Of a stretch of 64,000 bases of DNA, positions 47,767-58,981 are shown piece after piece. The notes beneath the pieces are model-generated. The model did no database searches. It had not been told where the DNA came from and saw nothing but the letters and a program-made list of their open reading frames with translations. Source of the DNA: an uncultured bacterium (GTDB lineage Bacteria > UBA8481). The stretch is from assembly GCA_964548165.1 (NCBI GenBank), contig CAZJQD010000007.1, positions 25,665-89,664 of the forward strand, read 5' to 3'. The first letter of the stretch is position 1; each line of letters starts with the position of its first letter. A program made the translations under genes and the position numbers.

Positions 47767-48831
47767 CTATCGCGTAAGCCTCGTCGTGATCCGGATGGCG
47801 GCATAACCGAGGGCGCCGAGCCTGACTCTGACGGTCCCACCGTCTGACGCCACCAGCTCGGCGCGTCCGCCATGCAGGAGTCTCGGGCTCGACGCAGCGC
47901 CCGGAAGATCCAACGTCGCCGTGACTGGATCCTCGTAGGGATTGGCGAGGATCCAGTAGGTGTCGCCGCCCCAGGCAATAACGCGGTGGTAGATGGTGGC
48001 GGGCTGGACGTCCGCGCCCACCGCGGGAGTCCCGGCCGTCAGGACCGCGTCCAGGTCGATGAGCTCACGGTTGATGACGCCCATCTCGGCCAGCATCTCC
48101 GGCTGCTGCCCCAGGTTCCAGATGACGCCATCGAGACCCTGCACCTGCCAGATGAAGAAGATGACGCCCTCGGGACTCCCGGTCAGGGCCTGGTACACGA
48201 TGTTGTGCATCTCGAACGGCTCCGGCGCGCGGTACTGCCACGGCCGCTGGAAGAACGCCGGGATGCAGACGAGGAGCGGGCGGTCGCGCATCAGCGCCCG
48301 GGCGCGGCGCGTGTATCGGCCCACGATGTCCATGTGAATGTCTTCGGGCCGCGATCCGATCGGATAGGGCGTGATCCCGAAGATGTCCGCGCTGGAGAGG
48401 TAGGCGGCGTAGCGCGACGGGGTGAAGACCGTGAGGTAGACGGGCTTCGTGGGCGAATACTCGCGCAGGCGCGCGATCTTGGCGCGGACCGTATCCGGCG
48501 TGTACCCGTAGATCTCGGGCTCGTCGAACGGATACCAGGCCATGACGATCGGGTCGGTGTCGAGCGAGCGCATCAGCTCGTGGGCGGCCGTGTCGTCGCC
48601 GTACCAGGAAGGGATCACCTTCAGGTTGAGCTCGCGGGCCCTGACGAGCTCCGTCTCCCAAGCCGGCCCGCTGACGACCATGTTGAATCCGAGAGAGACG
48701 ATCGTGTCGAAGGTCGCAGCCCCGTTGGTGTAGATCCCGCGGATGAACTCGGCGCGCGCCGGCGCCACGGTCACGGCCAAGAGGACGCCGAGCGATGCAG
48801 CGACGCGAAAGATGCCGGGCAGGAACCGCAC
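47767..48831 (-). CDS. secreted TIM-barrel glycoside-hydrolase-like protein
   Basis: GTG start at 48831-48829 overlapping the malic-enzyme TAG by 1 nt. Signal peptide (RFLPGIFRVAASLGVLLAVTVAPARA), then WYPFDEPEIYG (an NEP-like catalytic-acid motif). The upstream part of the track ORF is spurious. The family assignment is weak. Confidence 0.4.
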   Translation of the reverse strand: MRFLPGIFRVAASLGVLLAVTVAPARAEFIRGIYTNGAATFDTIVSLGFNMVVSGPAWETELVRARELNLKVIPSWYGDDTAAHELMRSLDTDPIVMAWYPFDEPEIYGYTPDTVRAKIARLREYSPTKPVYLTVFTPSRYAAYLSSADIFGITPYPIGSRPEDIHMDIVGRYTRRARALMRDRPLLVCIPAFFQRPWQYRAPEPFEMHNIVYQALTGSPEGVIFFIWQVQGLDGVIWNLGQQPEMLAEMGVINRELIDLDAVLTAGTPAVGADVQPATIYHRVIAWGGDTYWILANPYEDPVTATLDLPGAASSPRLLHGGRAELVASDGGTVRVRLGALGYAAIRITTRLTR

Positions 48832-50276
48832 TACTTGAGCGGCGTGGAGGCCCGGGGCATCCTGCGGGCGACACCGGACGCGATCGCCGTCTTCGCCGCC
48901 GCCTTCGCGACGCGGTCCGCGACGCGGCGATCGAAGACGCTCGGGATGATGTACTCGGGCGAGATCCCGTCCTCGCGAACGATCTCGGCGATGGCCCTGG
49001 CCGCCGCCAATTTCATCCGCTCGTTGATGGCCGAGGCGTGGACCGAGAGCGCGCCCTTGAAGATGCCCGGGAAGCAGAGCACGTTGTTGATCTGGTTCGG
49101 GTAGTCGCTGCGCCCGGTCGCGATGATCTTCACGTTTCCCGGTATCTCCTCGGGAAGAACCTCCGGCGTCGGGTTCGCCATCACGAAGACCATGGCATCC
49201 TTGGACATCTTCCTGAGCCACGCGGGCTTGATGGAGCCGGGACCCGAGAGCCCCAGGAGGAGATCGGCGCCGGTGAGCGCGTCCTTCAGGGGTCCCGCAA
49301 AGTTGCGCGGATTCGTCATCCGCGCGTAGGCCTCCTTGGCCGGGTTCATGTGCTCCTTGCGCCCCCGGTAGAGGGCGCCGGCCGTGTCGTACCCGGTGAT
49401 GTTGCGAACACCTGCATGGCGGAGGATCTTCGAGCAGGCGACGCCGGCCGCGCCCACGCCGTTGACGACGACCTTGAGCTTCCCGATCGGCTTGCCAATC
49501 AGGCGGCAGGCGTTGTAGACCGCGGCCAGGACGACGACGGCGGTCCCGTGCTGGTCATCGTGAAAGACCGGGATATCGAGCATCTCCTTCAACCGCTCCT
49601 CGACCTCAAAACAGCGCGGCGCGGAGATATCTTCGAGGTTGATCCCGCCGAACGTCGGGGCCAGCGCGGCCACGATCCGCACGATCTCGTCGGTATCCTG
49701 CGTCGCCAGGCAGATCGGGAACGCATTCACCCCGCCGAACTCCTTGAAGAGCATGGCCTTGCCCTCCATCACCGGCATCGCGGCCTCGGGCCCGATGTTG
49801 CCGAGCCCCAGGACGGCCGATCCGTCGGAGACGACGGCAACGGTCGACCCCTTGATCGTCAGCGCCCACGCGGACTTGGGTTGTTCATGGATGGCCATGC
49901 AGACCCGGGCAACGCCGGGCGTGTAGGCCATCGAGAGATCCTCGCGCGTCTTCAGGGGCTTGCGGTTCTCGATCGAAAGCTTGCCGCCGAGGTGGGCCAG
50001 GAAGGTGCGATCCGAGACATGGACGACGTGGTAGTTCCTGAGCGCGCGGACGGCCGCAATGATGCGCTTGGCATGTTCCTCGTCGCCAGCCGAGACCGTG
50101 ACGTCGCGGACCGTCTGCTCCCCGGAAGCCGAGACGAGATCGATGGCGCCCAGGTCGCCGCCCGCCTTCCCGATGACGGCCGCGAGCCGGGCGAAGGTGC
50201 CCGGGGCCGAGGGGAGTTCCACGCGCATGGTAAACGAGTAAGACGCTGTCGGACGATGCGCGGGAACGCTCTTCAC
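48831..50276 (-). CDS. maeB: NAD(P)-dependent malic enzyme with N-terminal ACT domain
   Basis: Malic-enzyme core (YTPGVARVC, GAAGVACSKIL, Rossmann GxGxxG). The preceding about 70 aa is ACT-like. Start taken at the GTG at 50276 (GGAG SD 6 nt upstream); an alternative ATG is at 50228. Confidence 0.8.
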   Translation of the reverse strand: MKSVPAHRPTASYSFTMRVELPSAPGTFARLAAVIGKAGGDLGAIDLVSASGEQTVRDVTVSAGDEEHAKRIIAAVRALRNYHVVHVSDRTFLAHLGGKLSIENRKPLKTREDLSMAYTPGVARVCMAIHEQPKSAWALTIKGSTVAVVSDGSAVLGLGNIGPEAAMPVMEGKAMLFKEFGGVNAFPICLATQDTDEIVRIVAALAPTFGGINLEDISAPRCFEVEERLKEMLDIPVFHDDQHGTAVVVLAAVYNACRLIGKPIGKLKVVVNGVGAAGVACSKILRHAGVRNITGYDTAGALYRGRKEHMNPAKEAYARMTNPRNFAGPLKDALTGADLLLGLSGPGSIKPAWLRKMSKDAMVFVMANPTPEVLPEEIPGNVKIIATGRSDYPNQINNVLCFPGIFKGALSVHASAINERMKLAAARAIAEIVREDGISPEYIIPSVFDRRVADRVAKAAAKTAIASGVARRMPRASTPLK

Positions 50277-50500
50277 AGGAATCTCCTTCCCCCGGGGAAC
50301 ATGATTCGACCATTCCCCAATCAGGTCAACCCCACGCTCCTCGGCCCTTGTTCCCCGAAGTTGGATCAACCACGGAGGCACTGAGACACAGAGAAGAGCG
50401 CGTCGATTGGGTTAAAAAAAGTCTGACAGGTACTCTTCGTTCACCTGCAGGGTGACATTGGCATGGGAACCCAGATATTGAGGTCTTCTCCGTGTCTCAA

Positions 50501-50517
50501 GCCCCGCGCTGCGGGGC
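50501..50517 (-). terminator. GC hairpin downstream of the GH3 gene
   Basis: GCCCCGC-gct-GCGGGGC, 50 nt after the GH3 stop on the minus strand. Only a weak U tract follows. Confidence 0.25.
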
Positions 50518-50566
50518 GGGTGTCTCCGTGGCTGAATCCCGTCTGAAAGAACTCCTCTTCGGTGAT

Positions 50567-53164
50567 TCAAGATTCTGCGATCGTCACATCGACCGAAGCG
50601 CGGAGGGCTCGCGACGAACTCCCCAGGCGGATGTGGTACGCACCCGGCTCCACGGTCCAATCGCGGCGACCAGCATCCCAGTGAGCGAAGGACTCCGGGC
50701 CGATCGTCCAGCTCACGGTCTTCCACTCGCCCGGCTCGAGCTCGACGCGGCGGAAGCCCTTGAGCTCCTGCGGCGGCCTCACGACGGTCGAGCGATCGGG
50801 GGCCACGTAGAGCTGGACGACCTCGGCGCCGCGACGAGTCCCTTCGTTGCCGACCTCGACCGAGACCTCGAACCGGTTGCCGCCCAGCGGGCGTACAGCC
50901 GCGTTGCGGTAGCCGAACGTCGTGTACGAGAGCCCGTGTCCGAACGGAAAGAGCGGCACGATGCCGGCGCGGTCGAAGTGACGGTACCCGACGAAGATGT
51001 CCTCCTCGTACCGGACCTCGACGTGATTTCCGGGGAAGTTGGTGAGAGCGGCCACGTCCGCGGCGCGGGCGGGAAACGTGAAGGGCAGGCGGGCGGAAGG
51101 ATTGACGTCGCCGAAGAGGACGTCCGCGATCGCGTTGCCGCACTCCTCCCCGGGATACCACGCCTCCAGGAGGGCTGGCACGCGTCCCACCCAGCTGGTA
51201 ATCAGGACCGGCGATCCGCTCTGGAGGATGACCACCGTGCGGGGATTCGCGGCAGCCACGGCCCGGATCAGCTCGTCCTGCCCCTCCGGGAGGTCCAGGT
51301 GCGCCCGGTCCGCGCCTTCATACTCGTCGCGGTCGGTGAGCCCCGTGAAGACGAGCACCAGGTCCGCGCGTTTCGCGGCGGCGACCGCGGCATCGAGCTC
51401 GGAGTCCTCTCCGGGCACGCGCCATCCGAATTGCGCCGCCGCGTCCCCGGACTTCTCGTAATACTCGATCCGAAGGTCGTAGGAGCGCCCCGCGACCAGG
51501 CGAACCTTCGACCGCCTCGCCTCGAACGCGTGGTCGCTCCAGTGATCGATCACCTTGCGGCCATCGAGGAAGAGCTGGATCCCGTCGTCGGCGCCGACAC
51601 CGAGCTCGAACTCGCCCGTGCGGTCCGGAACGAGGCGGCCCGTCCAGCGCACCGAGAAGCCGTCCGCGGAGAGCCCCGGGGCCGGCACGGCCACGCCCCA
51701 ATGGAAATCCACCTTCGCGTCGACGCGCGTCAGGACGGGCGTCCCCGCGCACTCCGTGTTCGCGAAATATTCGCCCTTCAGTCCGGCACCCCCATCGCGA
51801 CCGGGCTGGCGGAGGAAGTTCGCCGGCACCGGTTGCAGCTCGGCCGCCAGGGGTCGGCCCACGGCGTACTCGATCGTAATCCGGTTGCCGGCCCGCGCGC
51901 GCAAGGCATCGAGCGGCGTGACGGAGCGGACGGGATTGACCCGCGAACTCCCGCCGCCACCGTAGACGGCCAGGGCTGCGTGAGGGCCGATCACGGCGAT
52001 GCGCCGCACCGACTCCCCGACCGGCAGGAGCGCGCCCTGGTTCTTGAGGAGGACGATCCCGGCCGCGCCCGCCTCGCGCGCCAGCGTCCGATGCTCAGCA
52101 GTCCCTACCGCGCTCGCGTCTCCCCGGACGTCCCCGTCGAAGATCCCGAACTCCATCATCACGCGAAGGAGCCGACGCACCTTGTCCTCGATGACCTCGA
52201 CGGGCACAGACCCGTTCTTCACGGCCGCCGCCAGCTTTGCGCCCAGGAACTCCGGGCCCGGCATCTCGAGATCGAGCCCCGAGGTCGCCGCCGGGACCGT
52301 GCTGTGGACCGAATGCCAATCGGAGACCACGAAGCCGCGGAACCCCCAGCGTTCCTTGAGGGTCCCCTCGAGGAGCGGAGAATTCTCGGAGCACCAGGCG
52401 CCGTTGAGCTTGTTGTAGGCAGACATCACGGCACCGACGCGGGCTTCATTCACCGAGGCCTTGAAGGCGGGCCAGTAGATTTCGTTGAGCGCGCGATCGG
52501 AGACCCTGGCGTCGATGAAGCCACGGTCCGTCTCCTGGTTGTTGCACGCGAAGTGCTTGACGGTGGCCACGACGCTCTCCGCCTGCACGCCCTGGATGTA
52601 GGCGACGCTCATCCGCGCCGCCAGGAACGGGTCCTCCCCGAAGCTCTCGAAGTTCCGCCCGCCCTGGGGCACGCGGTGAATGTTGACGCAGGGCCCGAGG
52701 AGCACGTTGCGGCCGTGACCCTTGGTTTCCCGGGCCAGGGCCCCGCCAAGGCGTTCGAGGAGTTCGATATCCCACGAGGCCGCCATCGCGATGCTGGCCG
52801 GGAACGCCGTCGCTCTCCCCCACCTTACGCCGACCGGCCCGTCGGTCATCTTGAACTCAGGGATGCCGAGCCGTGTCAGCGGCACGGTCGCGAAGCCGTC
52901 GCCGCCCGCGCCGAGGCCATTGCCCGAGACCATCGCGATCTTCTCCTCGATCGTCATGCGCCCCAGCAGATCGGTCACGCGGTCCTCGACGGACCGCGAC
53001 CGGTCCTGGTACGGATGCCCCACCTCAGGACCCGGCGTGGTCGCTGGCGAGTCCGCGGCGGACGGTGCCGTCACCGGCGAAGTCCCGCAGGAGAGGAGAA
53101 GGACGGACGCGGCCAGTCCCATCCAGGGCCGGACGATCGACGCGGGCAGGCTGGACCAGAGCAC
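50567..53164 (-). CDS. bglX: glycoside hydrolase family 3 beta-glucosidase with PA14 insertion and C-terminal Fn3-like domain
   Basis: GH3 N-terminal motifs (GPCVNIHR, KHFACNNQE, catalytic SDW). PA14 domain (GEYFANTECAGTPVL...). Lipoprotein-type signal LLLSCG. Confidence 0.85.
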   Translation of the reverse strand: MLWSSLPASIVRPWMGLAASVLLLSCGTSPVTAPSAADSPATTPGPEVGHPYQDRSRSVEDRVTDLLGRMTIEEKIAMVSGNGLGAGGDGFATVPLTRLGIPEFKMTDGPVGVRWGRATAFPASIAMAASWDIELLERLGGALARETKGHGRNVLLGPCVNIHRVPQGGRNFESFGEDPFLAARMSVAYIQGVQAESVVATVKHFACNNQETDRGFIDARVSDRALNEIYWPAFKASVNEARVGAVMSAYNKLNGAWCSENSPLLEGTLKERWGFRGFVVSDWHSVHSTVPAATSGLDLEMPGPEFLGAKLAAAVKNGSVPVEVIEDKVRRLLRVMMEFGIFDGDVRGDASAVGTAEHRTLAREAGAAGIVLLKNQGALLPVGESVRRIAVIGPHAALAVYGGGGSSRVNPVRSVTPLDALRARAGNRITIEYAVGRPLAAELQPVPANFLRQPGRDGGAGLKGEYFANTECAGTPVLTRVDAKVDFHWGVAVPAPGLSADGFSVRWTGRLVPDRTGEFELGVGADDGIQLFLDGRKVIDHWSDHAFEARRSKVRLVAGRSYDLRIEYYEKSGDAAAQFGWRVPGEDSELDAAVAAAKRADLVLVFTGLTDRDEYEGADRAHLDLPEGQDELIRAVAAANPRTVVILQSGSPVLITSWVGRVPALLEAWYPGEECGNAIADVLFGDVNPSARLPFTFPARAADVAALTNFPGNHVEVRYEEDIFVGYRHFDRAGIVPLFPFGHGLSYTTFGYRNAAVRPLGGNRFEVSVEVGNEGTRRGAEVVQLYVAPDRSTVVRPPQELKGFRRVELEPGEWKTVSWTIGPESFAHWDAGRRDWTVEPGAYHIRLGSSSRALRASVDVTIAES

Positions 53165-53553
53165 GGGGCACCTCGGTTCGGATCACGGACATGCGAAACC
53201 AGACATAAGTAGCCTATTACGTTATGTAAGCGCTTGCACAACTATTTTTGTGGGTGGCGACTTTTGCGGCCGGAAAGAATGGACGCTCCGAATGAACATC
53301 CCTTCGTCACAGCGCCGTGGGCGCGGAGACGTTCACCAAGTTCAAGATCCAATGCTGCGTTATCACCCTGCCGGGGAATGAGGTAATTATGCCCGTTCCC
53401 TCGCGGAGGCCATTCCGCTCGCGCTTCTCCGCGTCTCCGTGTCTCCGTGTTGATGCAAACTTGGGGAATCCAGAACCTGTCAGTACCTTTGACTCGGCGG
53501 CGATTTCCCGCATCCTTGCGGCTCGCCGTCTCGATATCACCAAGGAGAGCTCC

Positions 53554-54615
53554 ATGAATCCCCAGATTCGCAACGCCGTCATCGTCCTCGCCGTCGTCGC
53601 CGCAGGCGCCGGCATCTATGCTTACCAGTCTTCATCCTCCAACCCTCCAGCGGAAAAGTCTCCGGCCGCAATCGAAGTCAACGGGCTATCGATCTCGGTG
53701 GCCCAGTATGATCAGATGCTGAGCAGGGAGATCACGACAGCGCTCGCTCAGATGGGCGGCGGTGGGATGGACCTCGATTCGAGCTCCCCGATCCTCCAGG
53801 CCCTCAAGGGCCAGTTCGAAGTCCAGCTCCGGGAACGCATCGTGCAGCAACTGGCGATCCGTGCCGCGGCCCGGGACGCCGGGATCGAGGCCTCCTCCGA
53901 CTCCGTCCAGGCTGCATGGCGCATGATGACGGCCGAGCTCGATGAGACCGCGCTGGAGAACGGCCTGCGCCAGGCGAACATGACGCGCGAGGAGGCGCTG
54001 GAGGAGATCAAGGCAGGGCTCACGACCGAGCTCTTCCTGAACAGCCGGGTGCCCGCGGCCACGGCGACGGAATCCGAGGCTCGCGCCTTTTTCGAGGAGA
54101 ACAAGGCCCGGTTCAATCGGCCCGAGACGGCGCGCGCCCGCCATATCCTCGTCCCTGACGACGCAAACGGCGCGAGAATCATCCGGGAGATCCGGGCACG
54201 CATCGAGCGAGGTGAGGATTTCGCCGTGCTGGCGCGTGAATACTCGATCGACGGATCCGCCCAGGCGGGTGGCGACCTCGGCAGTTTCGAGCGGGGCCGC
54301 ATGGTCCCGGAATTCGAGAAGGCCGTCTTCTCGCTTCCGATCGGAAAGGTCTCCCAGCCCGTCAAGACGCAGTTCGGCTGGCACCTCATCCGCGTCGACG
54401 AGCGGACTCCCGCCCGCCTCGCCGACTTCAACGCGGAGCGGGATACGATCGCGCTGATGGCCGGTCGCCGCGCGACGATGACCAGGATGCAGGCGTTCGT
54501 CGAGGAACTCCGTGAGAAGGCCACGGTGACCATCCACCTTCCCGCCGTCGCTCCCCCACCGGCTCCCGAAATGCCCGAAACGCCGGGCACGGCCCTGCCT
54601 CCAGGGCACCCGTAA
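53554..54615 (+). CDS. parvulin-type peptidyl-prolyl cis-trans isomerase (PpiD/SurA-like), membrane anchored
   Basis: ATG at 53554 with SD AAGGAGA. N-terminal TM helix. PpiC domain (RARHILV...GGDLGSFERGRMVPEFEKAVFSLPIGKVSQPVKTQFGWHLIRV). Confidence 0.8.
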   Translation: MNPQIRNAVIVLAVVAAGAGIYAYQSSSSNPPAEKSPAAIEVNGLSISVAQYDQMLSREITTALAQMGGGGMDLDSSSPILQALKGQFEVQLRERIVQQLAIRAAARDAGIEASSDSVQAAWRMMTAELDETALENGLRQANMTREEALEEIKAGLTTELFLNSRVPAATATESEARAFFEENKARFNRPETARARHILVPDDANGARIIREIRARIERGEDFAVLAREYSIDGSAQAGGDLGSFERGRMVPEFEKAVFSLPIGKVSQPVKTQFGWHLIRVDERTPARLADFNAERDTIALMAGRRATMTRMQAFVEELREKATVTIHLPAVAPPPAPEMPETPGTALPPGHP

Positions 54616-54791
54616 CTCCCGGGACGATCGCCGCGCGCGGGAACTCGAGGCTGCGTTCACCGGGTCTCCACCGGTCGAGGCCCGGTCCCATCGGCGACAG
54701 GGCCGGCGGGCAGGCGGTCACAAAAGGCCGCGGTAAACGCTTTTGATGATCGGCCGTCGAACGATTTATGATGGGGAAAAGTGAGGGTCCG

Positions 54792-55820
54792 ATGATGAAG
54801 ACGGCAACGTATCCCTGCCTGGCCTTGATGGTCCTGGCGGCACTCTGCGCCTGCACGAGCACGCAACGGGTGAGCCATACCGTCGTCGTGCCGGCTCAGA
54901 TGGCGGTGCCGACTGAAGTGTCGCGAGTCGCCGTCGCGCGGTTCGACGGCCTGGAGCAGACCGGCACCCTCATCGCCAACAAGGTCGCCGCAGGTCTCGT
55001 CGCTGCCGGACGATACCGCGTCTACGAGCGGGCCAAGGTCGATGAGATCCTCGGCGAACATGCCTTCAACCGCTCCGGCGTCGTCGACCCCTCCACCATC
55101 CGCGACCTCAAGCTCGCCGGCGTCGACGCGCTCATCTTTGGCATCGTCGACGTCTTCAGCATCGAGGACCAGCGCGGGACGAACCGCACGACCCGCTCGG
55201 TGGGAACTGGCGAATACCGTACGGTCGAGGAGAAGCACCCGCGAACCGGCGAAGTGACGACGCGCCAGGAGGAGATCATGCGCACAGAATCCTGGAACCG
55301 GCCCACGGTCCTCAGGATGGGCACGATGGGCGTGACGTTCCGGATGACCGATATCTCCACCGGCGAGATCATGGCCGTGGAGGCGATGACCGCGAACTTC
55401 CGGCAGGAGTGCTGGGCCGATATCCGCGACACCCGCGCCACGAAGGACGAGATCCTCGATCAGCTCTCGACGGAAGTGACCGCGAGGTTCCTCAACAAGA
55501 TCCAGCCGCATGATGCCAGCCTCTCGATCGTCTTCGAAAACTCGGGCAATTCGAGAACCGCGATCGGTCTTCACTATGTGGCCAACAAGCTCTGGACGCG
55601 CGCCCTCGGCGAGTTCGACGCCGCCATGCGCGCCGAGCCCTCCGAGCCCAGCGGCCCCTACAATGTCGCGATGGCCCACTTCGCCCTCGGCCACTACACG
55701 GAGGCTATGGCGTTCCTGGAACAAGCGATCGCCTTGGAGCCGAAGAGCCGCTACATCCAGGCGATGGCCATGGTCGAGGATGCTGTTCGCCGCGGCATGA
55801 GGGCCGAGTCAGGCCGCTGA
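54792..55820 (+). CDS. CsgG-family lipoprotein with C-terminal TPR region
   Basis: Lipobox LAALCAC. The CsgG core aligns with E. coli CsgG (RVAVARFDGLEQTG / KIFVSVYNIQDETG; GRYRVYERAKVDEILGE / RWFIPLERQGLQNLLNE; TDISTGEI / VNVSTGEI). The start is at the MMK ATG with SD GAGGG. Confidence 0.6.
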   Translation: MMKTATYPCLALMVLAALCACTSTQRVSHTVVVPAQMAVPTEVSRVAVARFDGLEQTGTLIANKVAAGLVAAGRYRVYERAKVDEILGEHAFNRSGVVDPSTIRDLKLAGVDALIFGIVDVFSIEDQRGTNRTTRSVGTGEYRTVEEKHPRTGEVTTRQEEIMRTESWNRPTVLRMGTMGVTFRMTDISTGEIMAVEAMTANFRQECWADIRDTRATKDEILDQLSTEVTARFLNKIQPHDASLSIVFENSGNSRTAIGLHYVANKLWTRALGEFDAAMRAEPSEPSGPYNVAMAHFALGHYTEAMAFLEQAIALEPKSRYIQAMAMVEDAVRRGMRAESGR

Positions 55821-55861
55821 CGGCGACCACGCACGCGGACCATCCCGCGATCGGCGCCCCC

Positions 55862-56803
55862 TTATAGCGAGGCGAAAGCGACTTCGCTGCCGCCGTGGGA
55901 GATCGTCACGCAACGCACATGGCCGGAGCCGACTGGGATCGGTTCTCCCATGAGGTAAGCCTCTGTCGGCGCTGCGGTTCCGTCCCTGTTCCAGTCGATG
56001 TAGAGGGCGTCATTGGCGTAGTCGCCATCGGCGTTCGCGTCGAAGAGGACCATGGGCACATCGCCATAGGGGAAACGGCCGCTGCGATGGCAGGCGGCGT
56101 AGAAGGCGGTGCCTCCCATGTTGCTCGGGTACCACCACATGCGGTATTTCGTCGCCTCCGCACCCTTCTCATCCGCCCAGGGGAGCTCGATCGTGTAATG
56201 AGCGGGTATCGAGCCCTCGCCCTCGGGGCTGAAGGGGCCCGGATCGTTGGTGAGGTCGCCGTCGCCATTGCGGTCCAGGTAGAGCTGAGCGGGAGTGTTC
56301 TTGCCGCCGAGATTCAAGACGCAGAGAAGGGTCTTCTCGCCGAACCATAGCGACCCGAACATCCGCTCCCCGGTGCGCGCGGGCAGGACGCGGTACTCCT
56401 CGTCGGGAAGCTCCGCGAGAGAGGCGCCGCGGCCATTCTGGGTCGAGAGCCCCAGGGGAAAACCCTCGGGCACGTACGCCATGGGGACGCGCACGGCCTG
56501 CGGGGTCGCGGGACCTGGGTCAACCACCGCCGCAATCGGTTCCGGCGCAGGCTCCGCGGCACGAAGCAAGGCGGAAAGCTCGGGCACGTCCCTGAGGAGG
56601 CGCCAATCACCATCTCGCCAGACCTGCGTCGTCTCGGTGAGCGCGCCGGTCCGCAATCGCTCCACCAGGTCGCTCTCGGTGATCGTCTGCGGTTGCCCGC
56701 CCACGAGCACGCGATGCTCCGGGACCCCTTGCCCGCACGCAGCCAGAAGGAGAGCGCCGATCACTCCCCCCATCAATCGCCTATGGCGCCACCGGCCGGC
56801 CAC
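55862..56803 (-). CDS. hypothetical lipoprotein
   Basis: Lipobox LLLAACG. The N-terminal segment TITESDLVERLRTGALTETTQVWRDGDWRLL resembles a DUF4339-type domain. The remainder is Gly/Asp-rich. No family assigned. Confidence 0.5.
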   Translation of the reverse strand: MAGRWRHRRLMGGVIGALLLAACGQGVPEHRVLVGGQPQTITESDLVERLRTGALTETTQVWRDGDWRLLRDVPELSALLRAAEPAPEPIAAVVDPGPATPQAVRVPMAYVPEGFPLGLSTQNGRGASLAELPDEEYRVLPARTGERMFGSLWFGEKTLLCVLNLGGKNTPAQLYLDRNGDGDLTNDPGPFSPEGEGSIPAHYTIELPWADEKGAEATKYRMWWYPSNMGGTAFYAACHRSGRFPYGDVPMVLFDANADGDYANDALYIDWNRDGTAAPTEAYLMGEPIPVGSGHVRCVTISHGGSEVAFASL

Positions 56804-56895
56804 GACCGCATCTTAGGCACTGGAGGCCCGCTTTCGCAATCCCGAAGACCCGATCTCCAGTAAACACAGTTCCGCAATTCCGCAGTCTGACACCG

Positions 56896-56925
56896 TTGAC
56901 ATACCGGACCGATTCCGTCTAGTTT
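56896..56925 (+). promoter_or_regulatory. sigma-70-like promoter TTGACA-N18-TAGTTT upstream of the NCS1 transporter
   Basis: Perfect -35 TTGACA at 56896-56901 and -10 TAGTTT at 56920-56925. The palindrome pair lies between the predicted TSS and the RBS. Confidence 0.35.
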
Positions 56926-56955
56926 AGCCCGCTGGTCTACTTTCACAGCATCGGA

Positions 56956-56988
56956 CCCATCACGGATGGGGGACCCATCGTGGATGGG
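56956..56988. repeat. second tandem pair of CCCATC(A/G)(C/T)GGATGGG palindromes (period 18 bp)
   Basis: CCCATCACGGATGGG at 56956-56970 and CCCATCGTGGATGGG at 56974-56988, immediately 5' of the GGAGGAG SD of the NCS1 gene. Confidence 0.7.
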
Positions 56989-57001
56989 GGGAGGAGATTT
57001 C

Positions 57002-58576
<1,575 letters not shown>

Positions 58577-58650
58577 GACTTCAGTATCCCTTCAGAACCT
58601 TTCAAATCGCTGTTTACGCTGCGACACCATCTCGATACGATGCCCCCTAT

Positions 58651-58980
58651 ATGCTCGCCACGCTGAAAACCATCGTCCTCGCCGTGATGGCTACGATCGC
58701 CGTCACCGCCATCACCTGTTTCGCCCTCTTCGGGCTCGTCTACCTCGTCAGCCCCGCCCCCCGCCGCAAGATCCTCTGGCAGAAGTTCAAGGACGTGACG
58801 CACAAGATCGGCCTCTTCAACACCTGGGTGATCCTCTCCGTCTTCTACTGGACGGTTCTCCTCGTCTACGCCCTCTTTCTCATTCCGTTCATGGATCCCA
58901 TGCGCATCAAGAAACCCTACGGCTGGATCCAGCGCTCCACGCGCGACCTGACGCTCGAAGACGCGTCGAGGCAGTCCTAG
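58651..58980 (+). CDS. small 3-TM membrane protein (SxtJ-like companion of carbamoyltransferases)
   Basis: 109 aa, 2 nt upstream of the carbamoyltransferase gene. The assignment to the SxtJ-like family is from memory of typical gene context, not from a search. Confidence 0.45.
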   Translation: MLATLKTIVLAVMATIAVTAITCFALFGLVYLVSPAPRRKILWQKFKDVTHKIGLFNTWVILSVFYWTVLLVYALFLIPFMDPMRIKKPYGWIQRSTRDLTLEDASRQS

Positions 58981-58981
58981 C

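Noticed and set aside
53165-53553. Sigma-54 promoter (TGGCAC-N5-TTGCA) near TTGCAC at about 53235 and elsewhere
   Set aside because: There is no GG at the -24 position for any TTGCA I examined (also 17275 and 42081). No convincing sigma-54 target promoter was found in the window despite the presence of the activator.
54768-55820. Curli (csg) locus
   Set aside because: Only the CsgG-like channel is present. There are no CsgA/B amyloid subunits or CsgE/F accessory genes in the neighbourhood.
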